From the NCBI GenBank assembly GCA_964016885.1, contig OZ024740.1, positions 393,638,001 to 393,702,000 on the forward strand: 64,000 nt of DNA, given 5' to 3'. Under the pieces are notes generated by a model. That model was not told the DNA's origin and did no database searches. It worked only from the letters and a program-made list of their open reading frames with translations. A program made the position numbers and the translations under genes. Positions 41,257 to 53,744 of the stretch are shown here, piece after piece. Each line of letters begins with the position of its first letter. Position 1 is the first letter of the stretch. This DNA is from Eledone cirrhosa. Taxonomy: Eukaryota.

Positions 41257-42057
41257 TTAAACAGTAATTGATAAAGTGTCAGACAAAATACTTTCCTTTA
41301 ATACAACCCAACTTCAATTCTTTACTCTTTTATAAATCATATTAATCAAGTACGGGATTACATCACTCCCTACAAAATTAGCGGCCTTGTGCTAAAAATA
41401 TTTATTATTAATGCAGAAATAGTGCAGCATCAGATAAAATATGAAAACCCTAATCTACACTGCTTAAACAAGTAGTAGTAGTAGTAATAGTAGTAGTAGT
41501 AGTAGTAGTGAAGGAGGAGTTTTACTGCTAGAATACTGGTATTTAGATACATCATTGTATGTTATTAGTTCAAATTCCACCAAGTTCAATTTTCCTTTTC
41601 ACCCGTTCAAGGTTAATAAAATATGTACCATCTAATTACTGGGATCAATTTAAATAGCCATTCCCTATCCCAAAGCATTATTATTGTTATATTCTATTCC
41701 GAGGAGACAAATTGTTACAACAACACTAAAATGTGCATGTTATAATTATCAAATACTTTCCTAATCATCATCTTTAAGACTATTGATTTTATTATTTTGA
41801 TGTCAACAACTTTCTTCACTGCACCATCATGAGCTACTGATAGACATCCAATCTTTCTAGAAATAATAGCAAATCTCTCTCAAACCACACACTTGAAATA
41901 AAAATGACACATTAGACCAAGATATGTTGCTTATAAAAATATAGTATGAACATGCCTGGAATGCTTTTAATTATACATGTTTATTCAATGACATGGCAGG
42001 CATAAGGCAATAACAACTTTATGCCCACTATCATCACTATTATTAGTTGATGTACAA

Positions 42058-42378
42058 GGGCAGTGGATTGGCAGTATCGGTAGAGTGTTGGACATGCTTT
42101 GTGATATAGAGTTACGATCCTTTACGTTCTGAGTTCAAATCCCACAATAACAACTTCATCTCCAGTATTATCACTATTATTAGTTGATGTACAAGAGCGG
42201 TGAATTGGCAGTATCGGTAGAGTGTTGGACAACATGTTTTGTGTCATAGATTTACGGCCAAGGTTAGCTTTGCCATTCATCCTTACAGGGTCGATAAAAT
42301 TAAGGATCAGTAATGCACCAGAGTCGATTTAATCGACTTTCTCCTCCCCAAATGTGCCTAGAGTAGAAATCATTATTA
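42058..42378 (+). mobile_element. SINE family M with partial 5' tandem duplication including flank
   Basis: tatcactattattagttgatgtacaag.g..gtg.attggcagtatcggtagagtgttggaca occurs twice (~42030, ~42168); TSD-like attattagttgaggtaca at the 3' end. Confidence 0.8.
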
Positions 42379-42763
42379 GTTGAGGTACAGAATATATTTC
42401 TATATTACAATAGTAGTTGTAATGATGAATGTTTTTGTACTCATATTTGTAATCATTTTTAAAGAGAATCAGAACCCATAGTTATTTTATTAGACTTTCT
42501 TGGAATGAAAGATTCCAAGCATTTTAACCATTTTTATACAAAGCCAACTGAACCACCTCTGCCTACAATACTAAGCTATTTATTTTAAAGTATGTAGATT
42601 TACCTAAAAAGCTTTCATCATAATTTTAAGTAAGTATCTTTGTTAAGCTTTGTCCCAAACACAAGGGTAACAATGAGAAAACCAGTTTACTAAATTCTAA
42701 ATTTCTCCAAATTCTTGATTTGTCATCCTTTACTCTTTATATATTTCTGATCAATCGCTTATT

Positions 42764-43750
42764 CATCATCATCATCATCATCACCGTTTTACGTCCGTTC
42801 TTCCACGCTAGCATGGGTTAGACGGGTTGTCCTGTTGTGGGCAGTGTCTGGTCGGCTGACCATGCCTTGCTCATACAGGAACTGATCTGGCTTGATTTCT
42901 ACAGCTGGATGCCCTTCCTAACACCAACCTCATTTACAGTGAGTGCTGGGTGCTTTTTCGTGGCGCCTACACGTCCACTTTACAGTGTGGGCTGGGTTCT
43001 TTTTTGCCGTGGCACCTCCACGACCACCTTGCGGTGGGGGGAGTGGGGGCATATTGTTTATATGCTTCAGCATGTACCCATGGGAGGTCGGGTACCCTGT
43101 ATTACTGCGTGACGCCAGAAGTCACGGTCGTGTGTCATTGACTTTGAGAGGTGTAGTTGGGTAAGGTCGGCTTTATCACCTCATCCCAAGTCATCTTGGG
43201 TCTCCCCACTCCGCGGTTTCCATCAACTTCTAGTGCTCTGCACCTTTTTATGCAGCTGTCATCCTTCATACGCATCACATGTCCATACCAGCGTAACCGC
43301 CTCTCCTGCACGCAGCATTTGATTCCTCTTATGCTCAGTCTCTCTCTCAATTCCTTTATGCTTTGTCGTTCACGTATATTACTGTTACACATCCATCGGA
43401 GCATGCAGGCTTCGTTTCTCTCTAATCTACGTAAGTCTTCCACCTTCAGCGCCCAGGTCTCACTACCATGCAACATCGCTGTTCGGATACACGCATCATA
43501 CAGTCTGCCTTTCATTCTGAGGGAGAAGCCTTTTGCAGCTAGCAGTGGTAGTAGTTCCCTAAACTTCTTCCATCCCGTTCTTACCCTAGTTATTGTACTT
43601 TCTGAGCACCCACCTCCGTTGCTAATTCGGTCACCTAGGTAGCAGAAGCTGTCTACTGTTTCTACAGGGCCCTCCTAGAGATTGGTGGTACTTGTTTCCT
43701 GTGGCTGTTTGCTTGGTGTTTCAGCACAGCTGCATGTGAATCCTACATTC

Positions 43751-43755
<5 letters not shown>
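42764..43755 (-). mobile_element. RTE LINE family A, young copy 2
   Basis: Near-identical to 24382-25498; ORF 43135-43515; 5' end abuts (TA)n. Confidence 0.95.
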
Positions 43756-43811
<56 letters not shown>

Positions 43812-43886
43812 TATATATATATGTACACACACATATATATATATATATAATAAGAAAATAAGGCGGCATGTGAATCCTACATTCTT

Positions 43887-43917
<31 letters not shown>

Positions 43918-43954
43918 TATATATATATGTACACACACATATATATATATATAA

Positions 43955-45165
43955 TAAGAAAATAAGGTGGCGGTCCCTTCTGGGAAATGGTCGTGCTCGG
44001 TGTGTAGGAAAGGCGTAGGTAGAAACTCCATTTTATGTCCTAAATGCAAAGTATGGGTCCATAAAAGATGTAGTGGGATCACAGGTAAGCTAACTAAGAA
44101 CATAGATTTTACATGTGGCCGGTGCTCTGGTGCAATAAGTAGCAGCAAGTGCCCACGAAATACTAGCTCTTTCAATTGCGCAGAGGGTTCTATAGAAATA
44201 GTGGACAGCTTCCGTTATCTGGGCGATAAAATCAGCAGTGGGGGAGGGTGCTCTGAAAGTACAGTAGCTAGAGTCAGAACTGGTTGGAAAAAGTTCAGAG
44301 AGCTTATACCACTATTAGCTGCTAAAGGGTTCTCCCTAAAAATGAAAGGCAGGTTGTACGATGCCTGCATACGAACAGCAATGTTGCATGGCAGTGAGAC
44401 CTGGGCATTGTGTGCAGAGGATATACGCAGACTAGAGAGGAACGAAGCTTGCATGCTCCGCTGGATGTGTAACAGTGATATACGTGAACGGCAAAGCATA
44501 AACGAACTAAGGAAAAAATTAGAAATAAGAGGGATCAGATGTTGTTTACTCGAGAGAAGGCTACGTTGGTATGGACACGTGATGCGCATGAAAGTCGATA
44601 GCTGTATAACAAAGTGCAGGGCAATAAAGATAGACGGTAGCCACGGAATAGGCAGACCTAGAAAAACCTGGGACGAGCTGATAAACTCCGACCTCACACA
44701 CTTACACCTCTCCAAGACAATGTCACTGGACCGAGACCTTTGGCGGTACTCAGTAACAGAGAAGACCCGCCTTACCTAAATACATAGTAAAACCTACTAC
44801 AGCCAGTAGGCATCTCTAACAAAATACACCCCGTCCCACCACCATCACCCCCACCCCATCCACACCGCCCCGTTCTATGTAAAGTTATGTTGGTTCCGCG
44901 CCATCCAGGCCGAAACAAATGAGATCGTGTAGGTGTCACAACAAAAAAACACACAGTCCACGCTGTAATGTGGCCGTGTAGGCAACATGGTAAAAACCTC
45001 CCAGACCCACACTGTAAATGTGGTTGGTGTTAGGAAGGGCATCCAACTGTAGAAAACCTGCCAGACAGTCCTATGCGAGCAAGACAATCACTCTTGCCTC
45101 AAGTGGGAAAACCCCCGTCCAAACCCATGCAAGCGTGGAACACGGACGTTAAACGTTGATGATGA
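43955..45165 (+). mobile_element. RTE LINE family B, young 5'-truncated copy with uninterrupted 270-aa ORF2 C-terminus
   Basis: ORF 43967-44779: PSGKWSCSVCRKGVGRNSILCPKCKVWVHKRCSG...FTCGRC, FRYLG, MLHGSETW, RLRWYGHV, GRPRKTW; 3' UTR and (ATG)n tail. Confidence 0.95.
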
Positions 45166-45167
45166 TA

Positions 45168-45320
45168 TAGCGGGTCTTCTGTATTACTGTGTAGCGCCAA
45201 AGATCTCGGTCCAGTGACATTGTCTTGGAGAGGTGTAAGTGTGTGAGGTCGAAATTTAACAAGTCGTCCCAGGTTTTTCTGGGTCTGCCTACTCCGTGGC
45301 TACTGTCTATTTTTATCTTT
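45168..45320 (-). mobile_element. Inverted fragment of RTE family B
   Basis: Reverse complement aligns to ~44622-44771 with scattered mismatches. Confidence 0.9.
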
Positions 45321-45321
45321 A

Positions 45322-45407
<86 letters not shown>

Positions 45408-45437
45408 TATATACACACACACACACACACATGTGAA

Positions 45438-45833
45438 GGCACATGGCTTAGTGGTTAGAGCATTAGGCTTGCAATCGAAAGGTTGTGAGTTCGATTCTCA
45501 GACTGGGTGATGTGTTGTTTCCTTGAGCAAGACACTTTATTTCACATTGCTCCAGTTTACTCAGCTGTAGAAATGAGATGACAGGACTGGGGTCCCTATC
45601 ATTCCACTGCAAAGTGATCATGGGGTGCCACGGCAAAAAAAGCACCCACAACTCACTGTAAATGAGGTTGGTGTTAGGAAGGGCATCCAGCTGTAGAAAT
45701 CAAGCCAGAATCAGTTCCCGTATGAGCAAGACAAAGTCAGCCTACCGGACACTGCCCACAACAGGACAACCCGTCTAACCCATTCTAGCGTGGAAGAATG
45801 GACGTAAAACAGTGATTATGATGATGATGATGA
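45438..45833 (+). mobile_element. SINE family T (tRNA-Ala-like head, CORE-like body, RTE family A 3' tail)
   Basis: A-box tggcttagtgg, B-box gttcgattc, ccttgagcaagacactt...ctgtagaaatgag; the tail matches the RTE-A 3' UTR. Confidence 0.92.
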
Positions 45834-45906
45834 TATATATATATATATATACAAACACACACTATATATATATATATATGTATTCATATATACACACACA
45901 CATATA

Positions 45907-46931
45907 TCATCATCACCATCATCACCGTTTTACGTCCGTTCTTCCACGCTAGCATGGGTTAGACGGGTTGTCCTGTTGTGGGCAGTGTCTGGTCGGCTGA
46001 CCATGCCTTGCTCATACAGGAACTGATCTGGCTTGATTTCTACAGCTGGATGCCCTTCCTAACACCAACCTCATTTACAGTGAGTGCTGGGTGCTTTTTC
46101 GTGGCGCCTACACGTCCACTTTACAGTGTGGGCTGGGTGCTTTTTTGCCGTGGCACCTCCACGACCACCTTGCGGTGGGGGGGGGGGGCATATTGTTTAT
46201 ATGCTTCAGCATGTACCCATGGGAGGTCGGGTACCCTGTATTACTGCGTGACGCCAGAAGTCACGGTCGTGTGTCATTGACTTTGAGAGGTGTAGTTGGG
46301 TAAGGTCGGCTTTTATCACCTCATCCCAAGTCATCTTGGGTCTCCCCACTCCGCGGTTTCCATCAACTTCTAGTGCTCTGCACCTTTTTATGCAGCTGTC
46401 ATCCTTCATACGCATCACATGTCCATACCAGCGTAACCGCCTCTCCTGCACGCAGCATTTGATTCCTCTTATGCTCAGTCTCTCTCTCAATTCATTTATG
46501 CTTTGTCGTTCACGTATATTACTGTTACACATCCATCGGAGCATGCAGGCTTCGTTTCTCTCTAATCTACGTAAGTCTTCCACCTTCAGCGCCCAGGTCT
46601 CACTACCATGCAACATCGCTGTTCGGATACACGCATCATACAGTCTGCCTTTCATTCTGAGGGAGAAGCCTTTTGCAGCTAGCAGTGGTAGTAGTTCCCT
46701 AAACTTCTTCCATCCCGTTCTTACCCTAGTTATTGTACTTTCTGAGCACCCACCTCCGTTGCTAATTCGGTCACCTAGGTAGCAGAAGCTGTCTACTGTT
46801 TCTACAGGGCCCTCCCAGAGATTGGTGGTACTTGTTTCCTGTGGCTGTTTGCTTGCTGTTTCAGCACAGCTGCTGCATGTGAATCCTACATTCTTAATTA
46901 AGCTTCCTGAGATCCCGCTACATCTCTTGTA
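45907..46931 (-). mobile_element. RTE LINE family A, young copy 3
   Basis: Open frame KRCSGISG...TRPPMGTC*; both ends embedded in TA/CA microsatellite. Confidence 0.95.
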
Positions 46932-47079
46932 TTCATATATATACACACACACACATATATATATATACACACATATATACACATAAATATATACACACAT
47001 ATATACACACACACATAAATATATACACATATATATACACAGACATATATACACACACACGCATATATATATATACACA

Positions 47080-47345
47080 GGAGAAGTGAACACAAAGAGC
47101 ACACATGAAATAGATTCCCTCAGCTGCCAGGGGAGCACTCTAGAAGTTGTTGACAGCTTTTGGTACCTAGACAATCAAATTAGTAGTAGAGGAGGATGAT
47201 CTGAAAGTGTGATAGCTAGGATAGGAACACGCTGGAAGAGGTTGAGGGATATATTACCACTGCTAACAACAAAATGCTTTTCTCTCAGAGTGAAGAGTAG
47301 ACTGTATGGTGTCTGTATGTGAACTGCAATGCTACATGGCCTGGA
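47080..47345 (+). mobile_element. Old RTE fragment
   Basis: LEVVDSFWYLDNQISSRGG..VIARIGTRWKR...RVKSRLYGVCM.TAMLHG. Confidence 0.8.
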
Positions 47346-48078
47346 CTCCAGAAATGACTAAAGACCGCAAGGGCTGGCATTATCTGGTGCTGAAGAAGAC
47401 CCAGCCTGCAGCATACAATATGAACTAACCTACCCCCAAGCACCCCCCTCACCCCTTTCACTAGCACTCCCTAACAGTTATTCTCAACATTACTACTTCA
47501 ACCCCACAGCATATTCCTAGCAGCTACCGCTCTGTGGCATGGTTGGCAATGGGAAGGGCATTCAGCCATGGAGCGCTTGCTAAACAAAGAGTTGGCAGGA
47601 CCCTTCAATCAAGCCAAAGACTTGACAGTCTCCCTAATGTTCGATGATCTATATGATAAACAAACTCAGTACTGTAAAATTGTTCGTGATAGGAAAGGCA
47701 TCCAGTCATAGAAAACCTGCCAAAAAGATTCAGAGGACCCTCAATTTTGTCAAAGACATGGCAACCTCTCTTATGTACTTGGTGGAATGTGAGGCCATAC
47801 ATAAGGGAGGCACAGATCTTTGGCCTGTCTGGGAGATCAGTGGCTCCACTTCAGTCTTGACTTGGTCTAAGTAGACTCATCCAACACCTACTTGCAGGCA
47901 AAGTGGACATTAAAATGATGATGATGAGGATGGCGAAGTGTCTTTCATTAGAAATATGGTAATAAAAAAGGTTAAGGCCATTTTCCCAGCTGAAGCAGAG
48001 CTTAGTGTTGCAATCTCCATAACAGGCTTTTTACTCATACTGTTCCTTCTTAGAATGGAAAACGATAATGATAACAAG

Positions 48079-48510
48079 GATCATCATCATCATCGTTTAA
48101 CGTCCATCTTCCACGCTAGCATGGGTTAGACGGGAGTTGTGCCACTTGAGACAAGGTTGGTCGGGTGACCGTGTCTCGCTCATATAGGACTATCTGGCAG
48201 GCTTTCTACGGCTGGATGCCCTTCCTAACACCAACCACATTTACAGTGTGGAACTGGGAACTTTTTACCGTGTTACCTACACAACTACATTACAGCATGG
48301 ACTGTGAGTTTTTTTGTTTTGTTTTTTTTTGTTGTGACACCTACACAATCTCGATCTCATTTATCTCATTTATTTGGACTGGATGTTGTGGTACCAACTT
48401 TACAGAGAGAGGGTGGTGTTGGTGGGAGTGGGAGGATAGGGTTGGGGTAATGGATTGGGGTGTATATTTGGTTAGGAGGTGCCTACTGACTGTAGGTTTC
48501 GCTTTGTAAG
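48079..48510 (-). mobile_element. RTE family B 3' UTR-only copy
   Basis: Reverse complement resembles 44790-45165. Confidence 0.85.
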
Positions 48511-48571
48511 GATGGTAGAAATAATTATGAAAAAAAAAAAAAATTGCTAAATAAATAAATTATGGACTTAC

Positions 48572-48699
48572 CGCCACAGACAGAAGAATGCAACATAACT
48601 GTAGGCATTTGTTGATAAGAAGAGTGAGGACTGCAAGATTTCTGGAATTAGATGATTCTGGTAGTATTTCAGTCCTCGTTTTTTGACAATGGCTGCAAA
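48572..48699 (-). CDS. TMEM135: TMEM135 orthologue, internal coding exon (equivalent to vertebrate exon 2), 128 nt
   Basis: Minus strand ...ctcttatcag|TTTGCAGCC...TGGCG|gtaagt. Translates FAAIVKKRGLKYYQNHLIPEILQSSLFLSTNAYSYVAFFCLW(R), recognisably similar to TMEM135 [43 protein letters not shown] (recalled sequence). Ends in phase 2. Confidence 0.92.
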
Positions 48700-49496
48700 C
48701 TGATAAGAGTTATTGGATTAGAAATAGAAAGACTAGTACCAAATGATAATCAAACTAGCAAAAATAAATATATATATATATAATAAGAGAATAAATTTCA
48801 AAAAGCTGGTAGTATGCGGTAGAAATATATAAAGAGTAAAGGATGACAAATAAAATAATACAAAGCAATGTTTTACCCAGTATATTTCAAAATGATATTT
48901 CAGGGTTATTACCCTCTTTTCAAATGTGAAGCAGAAACGGTTATGTGTCTAACTGTGTATAAAATTTCACTGAAATATATTAATTTGTTATATTAAAAAA
49001 GTTTTTATTATCCATTAATTTTTTTCCGGATTTATCTGTACCACACTGAATATATATGTAATATTGCTCCTGATATACACAGTAATAAAGTCAGTGTAGA
49101 GGTCCTGAATATGGGCATGTCTGACTGAAATACTTTACTGTATTTAGTTTCGTTTCACTACCTATTTGAGTTCAAATTGGCTGTTCATCCTTCTAGAAAA
49201 GGAAATATTGATAAATTAAGTAACAACTATGTGTTGGAGATTCAATTCAATTCAGTACAATACTATCTTTCCCCCAAAAAATTATTTTACTTTAGACAAT
49301 GTGAAAAAATATTATTATTACTATGGTTACTGAAGGGTCACAAAAGTTGTTAGAGCATATTTTAGAATACTATGTGGTACTAGTTCCATCTCCCTCTCTT
49401 CTGAGTTAAAATCTTGAAGAGATCAACTTTGCCCTTCATGCTTTCAAGCTTGATAAAATAACAGTCCATAGCAATGGATATGTCGAATTATGAAAG

Positions 49497-49661
49497 CAGT
49501 CATGGGCAAACTGCGGCTCACGAGCCACATGCAGCCTATTTGGCTTTCTGAATGCCATGTCTAATTTCAAAATTGCTTTGAAGTTTTTTAGTACTATGGC
49601 CCACCTTCTGATGAGCCACATCCCATACAGCCCACTGCTTGAAAAATGTTGCCCATGCCAG
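49497..49661. mobile_element. Old hAT-like MITE
   Basis: Imperfect TIRs cagtcatgggcaa / ttgcccatgccag; decayed 8-bp flanks tatgaaag / tactgaag; subterminal gcggctc/ggccc motifs. Confidence 0.6.
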
Positions 49662-50209
49662 TACTGAAGCATCAGACCTTGTGAAAGTGGCTTTATTGTA
49701 TTTAATCATTTCCATCTATATGCTAAGGCCAACTCTGTCTTTTGATTATATGGCAATTGAATAAATAAGTATTACTCTCTTGTACAAGGATCAATATAGC
49801 TAATGTATTCCTTAAACTGAGACATACCTAGAGTTATCTCTTATACTTGCTGAAATAGTTAAAAGTATATTAGTTCTTCATTAATTTTCCTCAAATTGTA
49901 CCATACAGCCAGCTGAGATCATACTTGGTTCCATTATACAAAATGTTTTGTTAAAAAATGTCTATACCTAAATTTAAAATGTTTCTTAATTATATTCTAA
50001 ATGCCAACTTAATAGAAAAAAAATTAAAAAAACACCTTATTTATTTTCTAAAACCGATCAAATTCCTATTTTCAAAATTAATTCAAACTTGAGGCAATGG
50101 TGTATCGAATTTGAAATATGGTGATACATCATTATTATGGTTTAACAGGCATAATCCTTCTTCATCTATTGCAGCTTTTATTCACATAATTAAGTGATTA
50201 GCCCTAGCC

Positions 50210-50460
50210 ATTAGTGCCACAACAAAAAGCACTCAGCCCACACTGTAAAGTAATCATGTATGTGTCATGACAAAAAGCACCCAGCACACACTGTAAATGT
50301 AGTTGGCACTAGGAAGGGCATCCAGCTGTAGAAATCAAGCCAAAATCAGTTATGTAGGAGCAAGACAAGATCACCTGACCTGGCATTGCTCACAACAGGA
50401 CAACTTGTCTAACTCATGCTAGCATGGAAAAATGGACATTAAATGGTGATGATGATGATT
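50210..50460 (+). mobile_element. RTE-type 3' UTR/tail fragment
   Basis: aaaaagcacccagcacacactgtaaa...aggaagggcatccagctgtagaaatc...(atg)n. Similar copies at 57420-57640 (+) and 61130-61500 (-). Confidence 0.82.
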
Positions 50461-50828
50461 GCAAAATGTTGAAACAGATACTAGAAGGCATCTATCTGAC
50501 AATCTAACAATCCACTAATCCCACAACTATGGGCTGGTACAATATTTTATAAGTTAACTGTGACAGGAATTAAACTTGGAGTGCAAAGAGCCAGAAAAAT
50601 GCACAAGATATTATATCCAATGCCTCTATTATTATTATTATTATTATTATTATATCTAATGCCTCTATCAATTCACCAGTGATCAGATGGTTAAAACATA
50701 TTGTTGAAAACAGAAAAGACAATATTAATGATTTGGAAAAATGAAGCTACTCTAATAAGATATGGTTGGACCACTAAGCTGCTAAACTATCTGTCTACTA
50801 CCCAACCATTGCCTGCTCTCTCTCTCTC

Positions 50829-50883
<55 letters not shown>

Positions 50884-51009
50884 TGCTTTGCCTTTTTCTC
50901 ATATACTAATGCATTTTGGTTTCCTATACAACGTCTCAATATCATTATAAAGAAACTAATCAAGGAATTTTATCGATAATGACATGACAAGTTGAGGAAA
51001 AATCTTTGG

Positions 51010-51560
51010 GGTATAGAACAAGGAGAAAGAGGGAGAAAGGAACATAGAGAGAGGTGGAGAGCCAGAGTAAAGGGTGAGAGAGAAACAGGAAAATGGAGAC
51101 AGAGCAATGGAAGAGAGAGAGAGAGAGAAGAAAAAAAGGAGAGAGAGAGAGAAGAAAAGAGGAGAAAGAAAGGCAAAGCAAGGTAAAAGGAGATATGGGA
51201 AGAAAAAGAGAAGAGAATGAAGAAGTTGGAAGAACTAATTTCAAGGAAGTAGCAGAAGACTGAATAAAATATTAAGGGAACAAGTGAAGGGGAGGATGGG
51301 TGTAGTGGGGGGGGGGGGGGGGGGGGGTTAGAAAACACACAAAAAAAAAAAAGAAGCTGTAACCGAAGCAAAATCATGGGAAGGAGAGCAGGCTAAAGGA
51401 ACAGAGCAAGGAAGGAAGAGAAGAATGACAGGAAGAGAGAGAAAGAGAGGGTGGGAAAAGGAATATAAGAGGAATAAGGTGAAGTAATAACAAGCTGTAG
51501 CTGGAGGAAAGAAAGTGGAATAAGAGAAAAACAGATAGAAAGAAAAGGGAGCAACACATT
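51010..51560. repeat. Purine-rich (GA/A) low-complexity tract
   Basis: Seen directly; similar tracts at 40080-40340 and 52320-52870, and a pyrimidine-rich tract at 56080-56420. Confidence 0.9.
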
Positions 51561-53744
51561 GCATTTGTTAACAGAAACTGACAGGGATACTGACATAAAG
51601 AGCAAACTTCTATGCAATAATAACTTGCTTAGATTTTGTGATGGCAACAGCAGTTCTTCGTTAATTTTTCAGAATTTAAGAGAGAGAGAGGGGGGGGGGA
51701 GATTGTTGTTGTTGTTGAGCCAGGAATCAGCCGTGACCAAGCAGACCTATGAACAAAGATGTTCAAACTATGAGCATCTCATTTTATATTTAAACAACAT
51801 TATAAAATGTATCCGTCTTTAAGATGGTAAGGTGAATTTAAGGGAAATCTGCTATTTCTAGCAGAGTAAAATTTGTTTATTGGCTTATAAGAGAAACAAG
51901 AAGAAAGAAAAAGTAGATGCAGATATTAATGAAAGACTGAAAGTTAGAAGGGAAGAGATGGAAGGACAGACAAAGATAGAAGGGTGGGTGGAGGTAAAGA
52001 AAACAAAATGGAATATTCCAGATTGAGGTGACACATTGCTTGTGTAACAAGAAAGTTTGGGGTATTATGGGAGTCAAAAGAGCAAACTTCCATATAATAA
52101 TTACTTTCTTGGATTTTATGACATTAGTGGCAGCAACATCAGCAGCAGCTGTGAAGGCATCCATGCTTCATTTTTCAGAGTTTTACAACAACCACAACAG
52201 TCAATCAATCAATTATCAATTAAAATGGATCAATAACCAGTCACCTATCACTACTATCACTACCTACACCCTTCACTATAATGAGACATTACTTTGGGTA
52301 TTTTCATGACTGACATTTCCAAGAGAAGAGAAGGCTTAGAAGAGGGGGGAGGTAGAGGAAATGGCTCAATGGAGAGGAAGGTGCTGAGAAAATCATGATG
52401 GTGATAGGAGAGTGATGTGAAAAAGTGAGTGGTGGAAAGGAATAGGTGAGAAAGGTAAAGAGTGGAAGGAGAGTGAGAGAAAGGTGAGAGACAGAGAGAA
52501 CATGAGAGAGGAGCAGAGAGAGGAAAGAAAAGAGAGTGAAGAGAGAGAAAGAGTGAATGTGGTTGAGTGGGATGGTAAGTAGGAGAACGAGAAGAGAGTA
52601 GTCTGGGGTGGGGAGAAAAGAAAAATGGTAAATAAAAATTAGAAGGGAAATAACAAGAAAAAAGAAAAACAAGAAAAGAGGCAAAGAAAAAAAGAAAGAA
52701 AGATGAAAGAAAAAAATGAAAAAGAAAGGAAGAAAAATGAAAGAAAAAAAGAAAGGAAGAAAAAATAAAGAAATAAAAAATAAAAAAAAAATAAAAATGA
52801 AAAAGAAAATGAATAAGATAAAGAAAATATGAAAGAAGATGGAAAGAAAAAAGAGAAAAGAGAGATGAAATGCATAAAAAGTGTTACTCTCTTCAATAGA
52901 AAACATACAATACAAGGACAATGAATAACACAATTGGTAGAGCACCAGACCAAGTGTCATATATGGTATCTAGCTACACCCTTTTATCAGTCTAGATTAA
53001 TAGACTACAAGTGTCAACTTTATATTTCATTCTTCTGGTGTAAATATAATAAATACAGATCAAATTGTAGGCTTGATTTAATCAACTGCATCCATCACTG
53101 TGTTTAGAAATTAATATTATTATTATGAAACTGTCACATCACTGAAGACTGAGTCACTGGATTTGCCTGAACCAGATTTCCTCCCACATTTTCTTTCTGG
53201 GCCCAATCCTTTGTCATGTGAGTCAATGAGGCTCTCTCTAGTCTCAACATTTTATCAACTTTTGTGTGTGTTGGGTGTTGGTTTAATTTCCCAAACTTCC
53301 CCTGGTTACATTAATGACCATCTCACTGTTTTTTTCTAATCATATATACACATTCCTATACAGATACAACACTATCTTTCAATATTCCTTAAATTTCAAC
53401 ACACAGACATCATTCACTTTCAACCTATAGATGCAGCAGAGCTGAATGGTTAAGAAGTTTGCTTAGCAATCATTACGTCCCCAGTTCAATCCCACTATGT
53501 AGCATCATGGGCAAGTGTCATTTATCAGTCTTGAGTCAATCTGTTTACACCCTTCCTACTCAGGAACACTACACAGGTAATATGCCCAATTTCATTAAAT
53601 ACTAAGTTCCACAATCTTCAACCTTTTTGATACCAAACTGCCTGAAAACTGCCTTTGCTTCTAAGATACAAAATTATTTATTTTAAAGTGTTTATATTTA
53701 GCTAAAAAGAACTTTGTTAAATTATGCTGCAAGCACCCACTTAA

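Noticed and set aside
45438-45510. tRNA-like sequences (also 54644, 56923, 62325)
   Set aside because: SINE heads: no proper acceptor stem, and each continues into a CORE-like body and LINE tail.
46206-47174. 322-aa minus-strand ORF as a novel fusion gene
   Set aside because: Chance read-through from an antisense old RTE and a microsatellite into a truncated RTE-A ORF2.
50960-52960. F/L/S-rich 'membrane protein' ORFs (also 40076-40318, 56066-56521)
   Set aside because: Translations of purine/pyrimidine low-complexity tracts.
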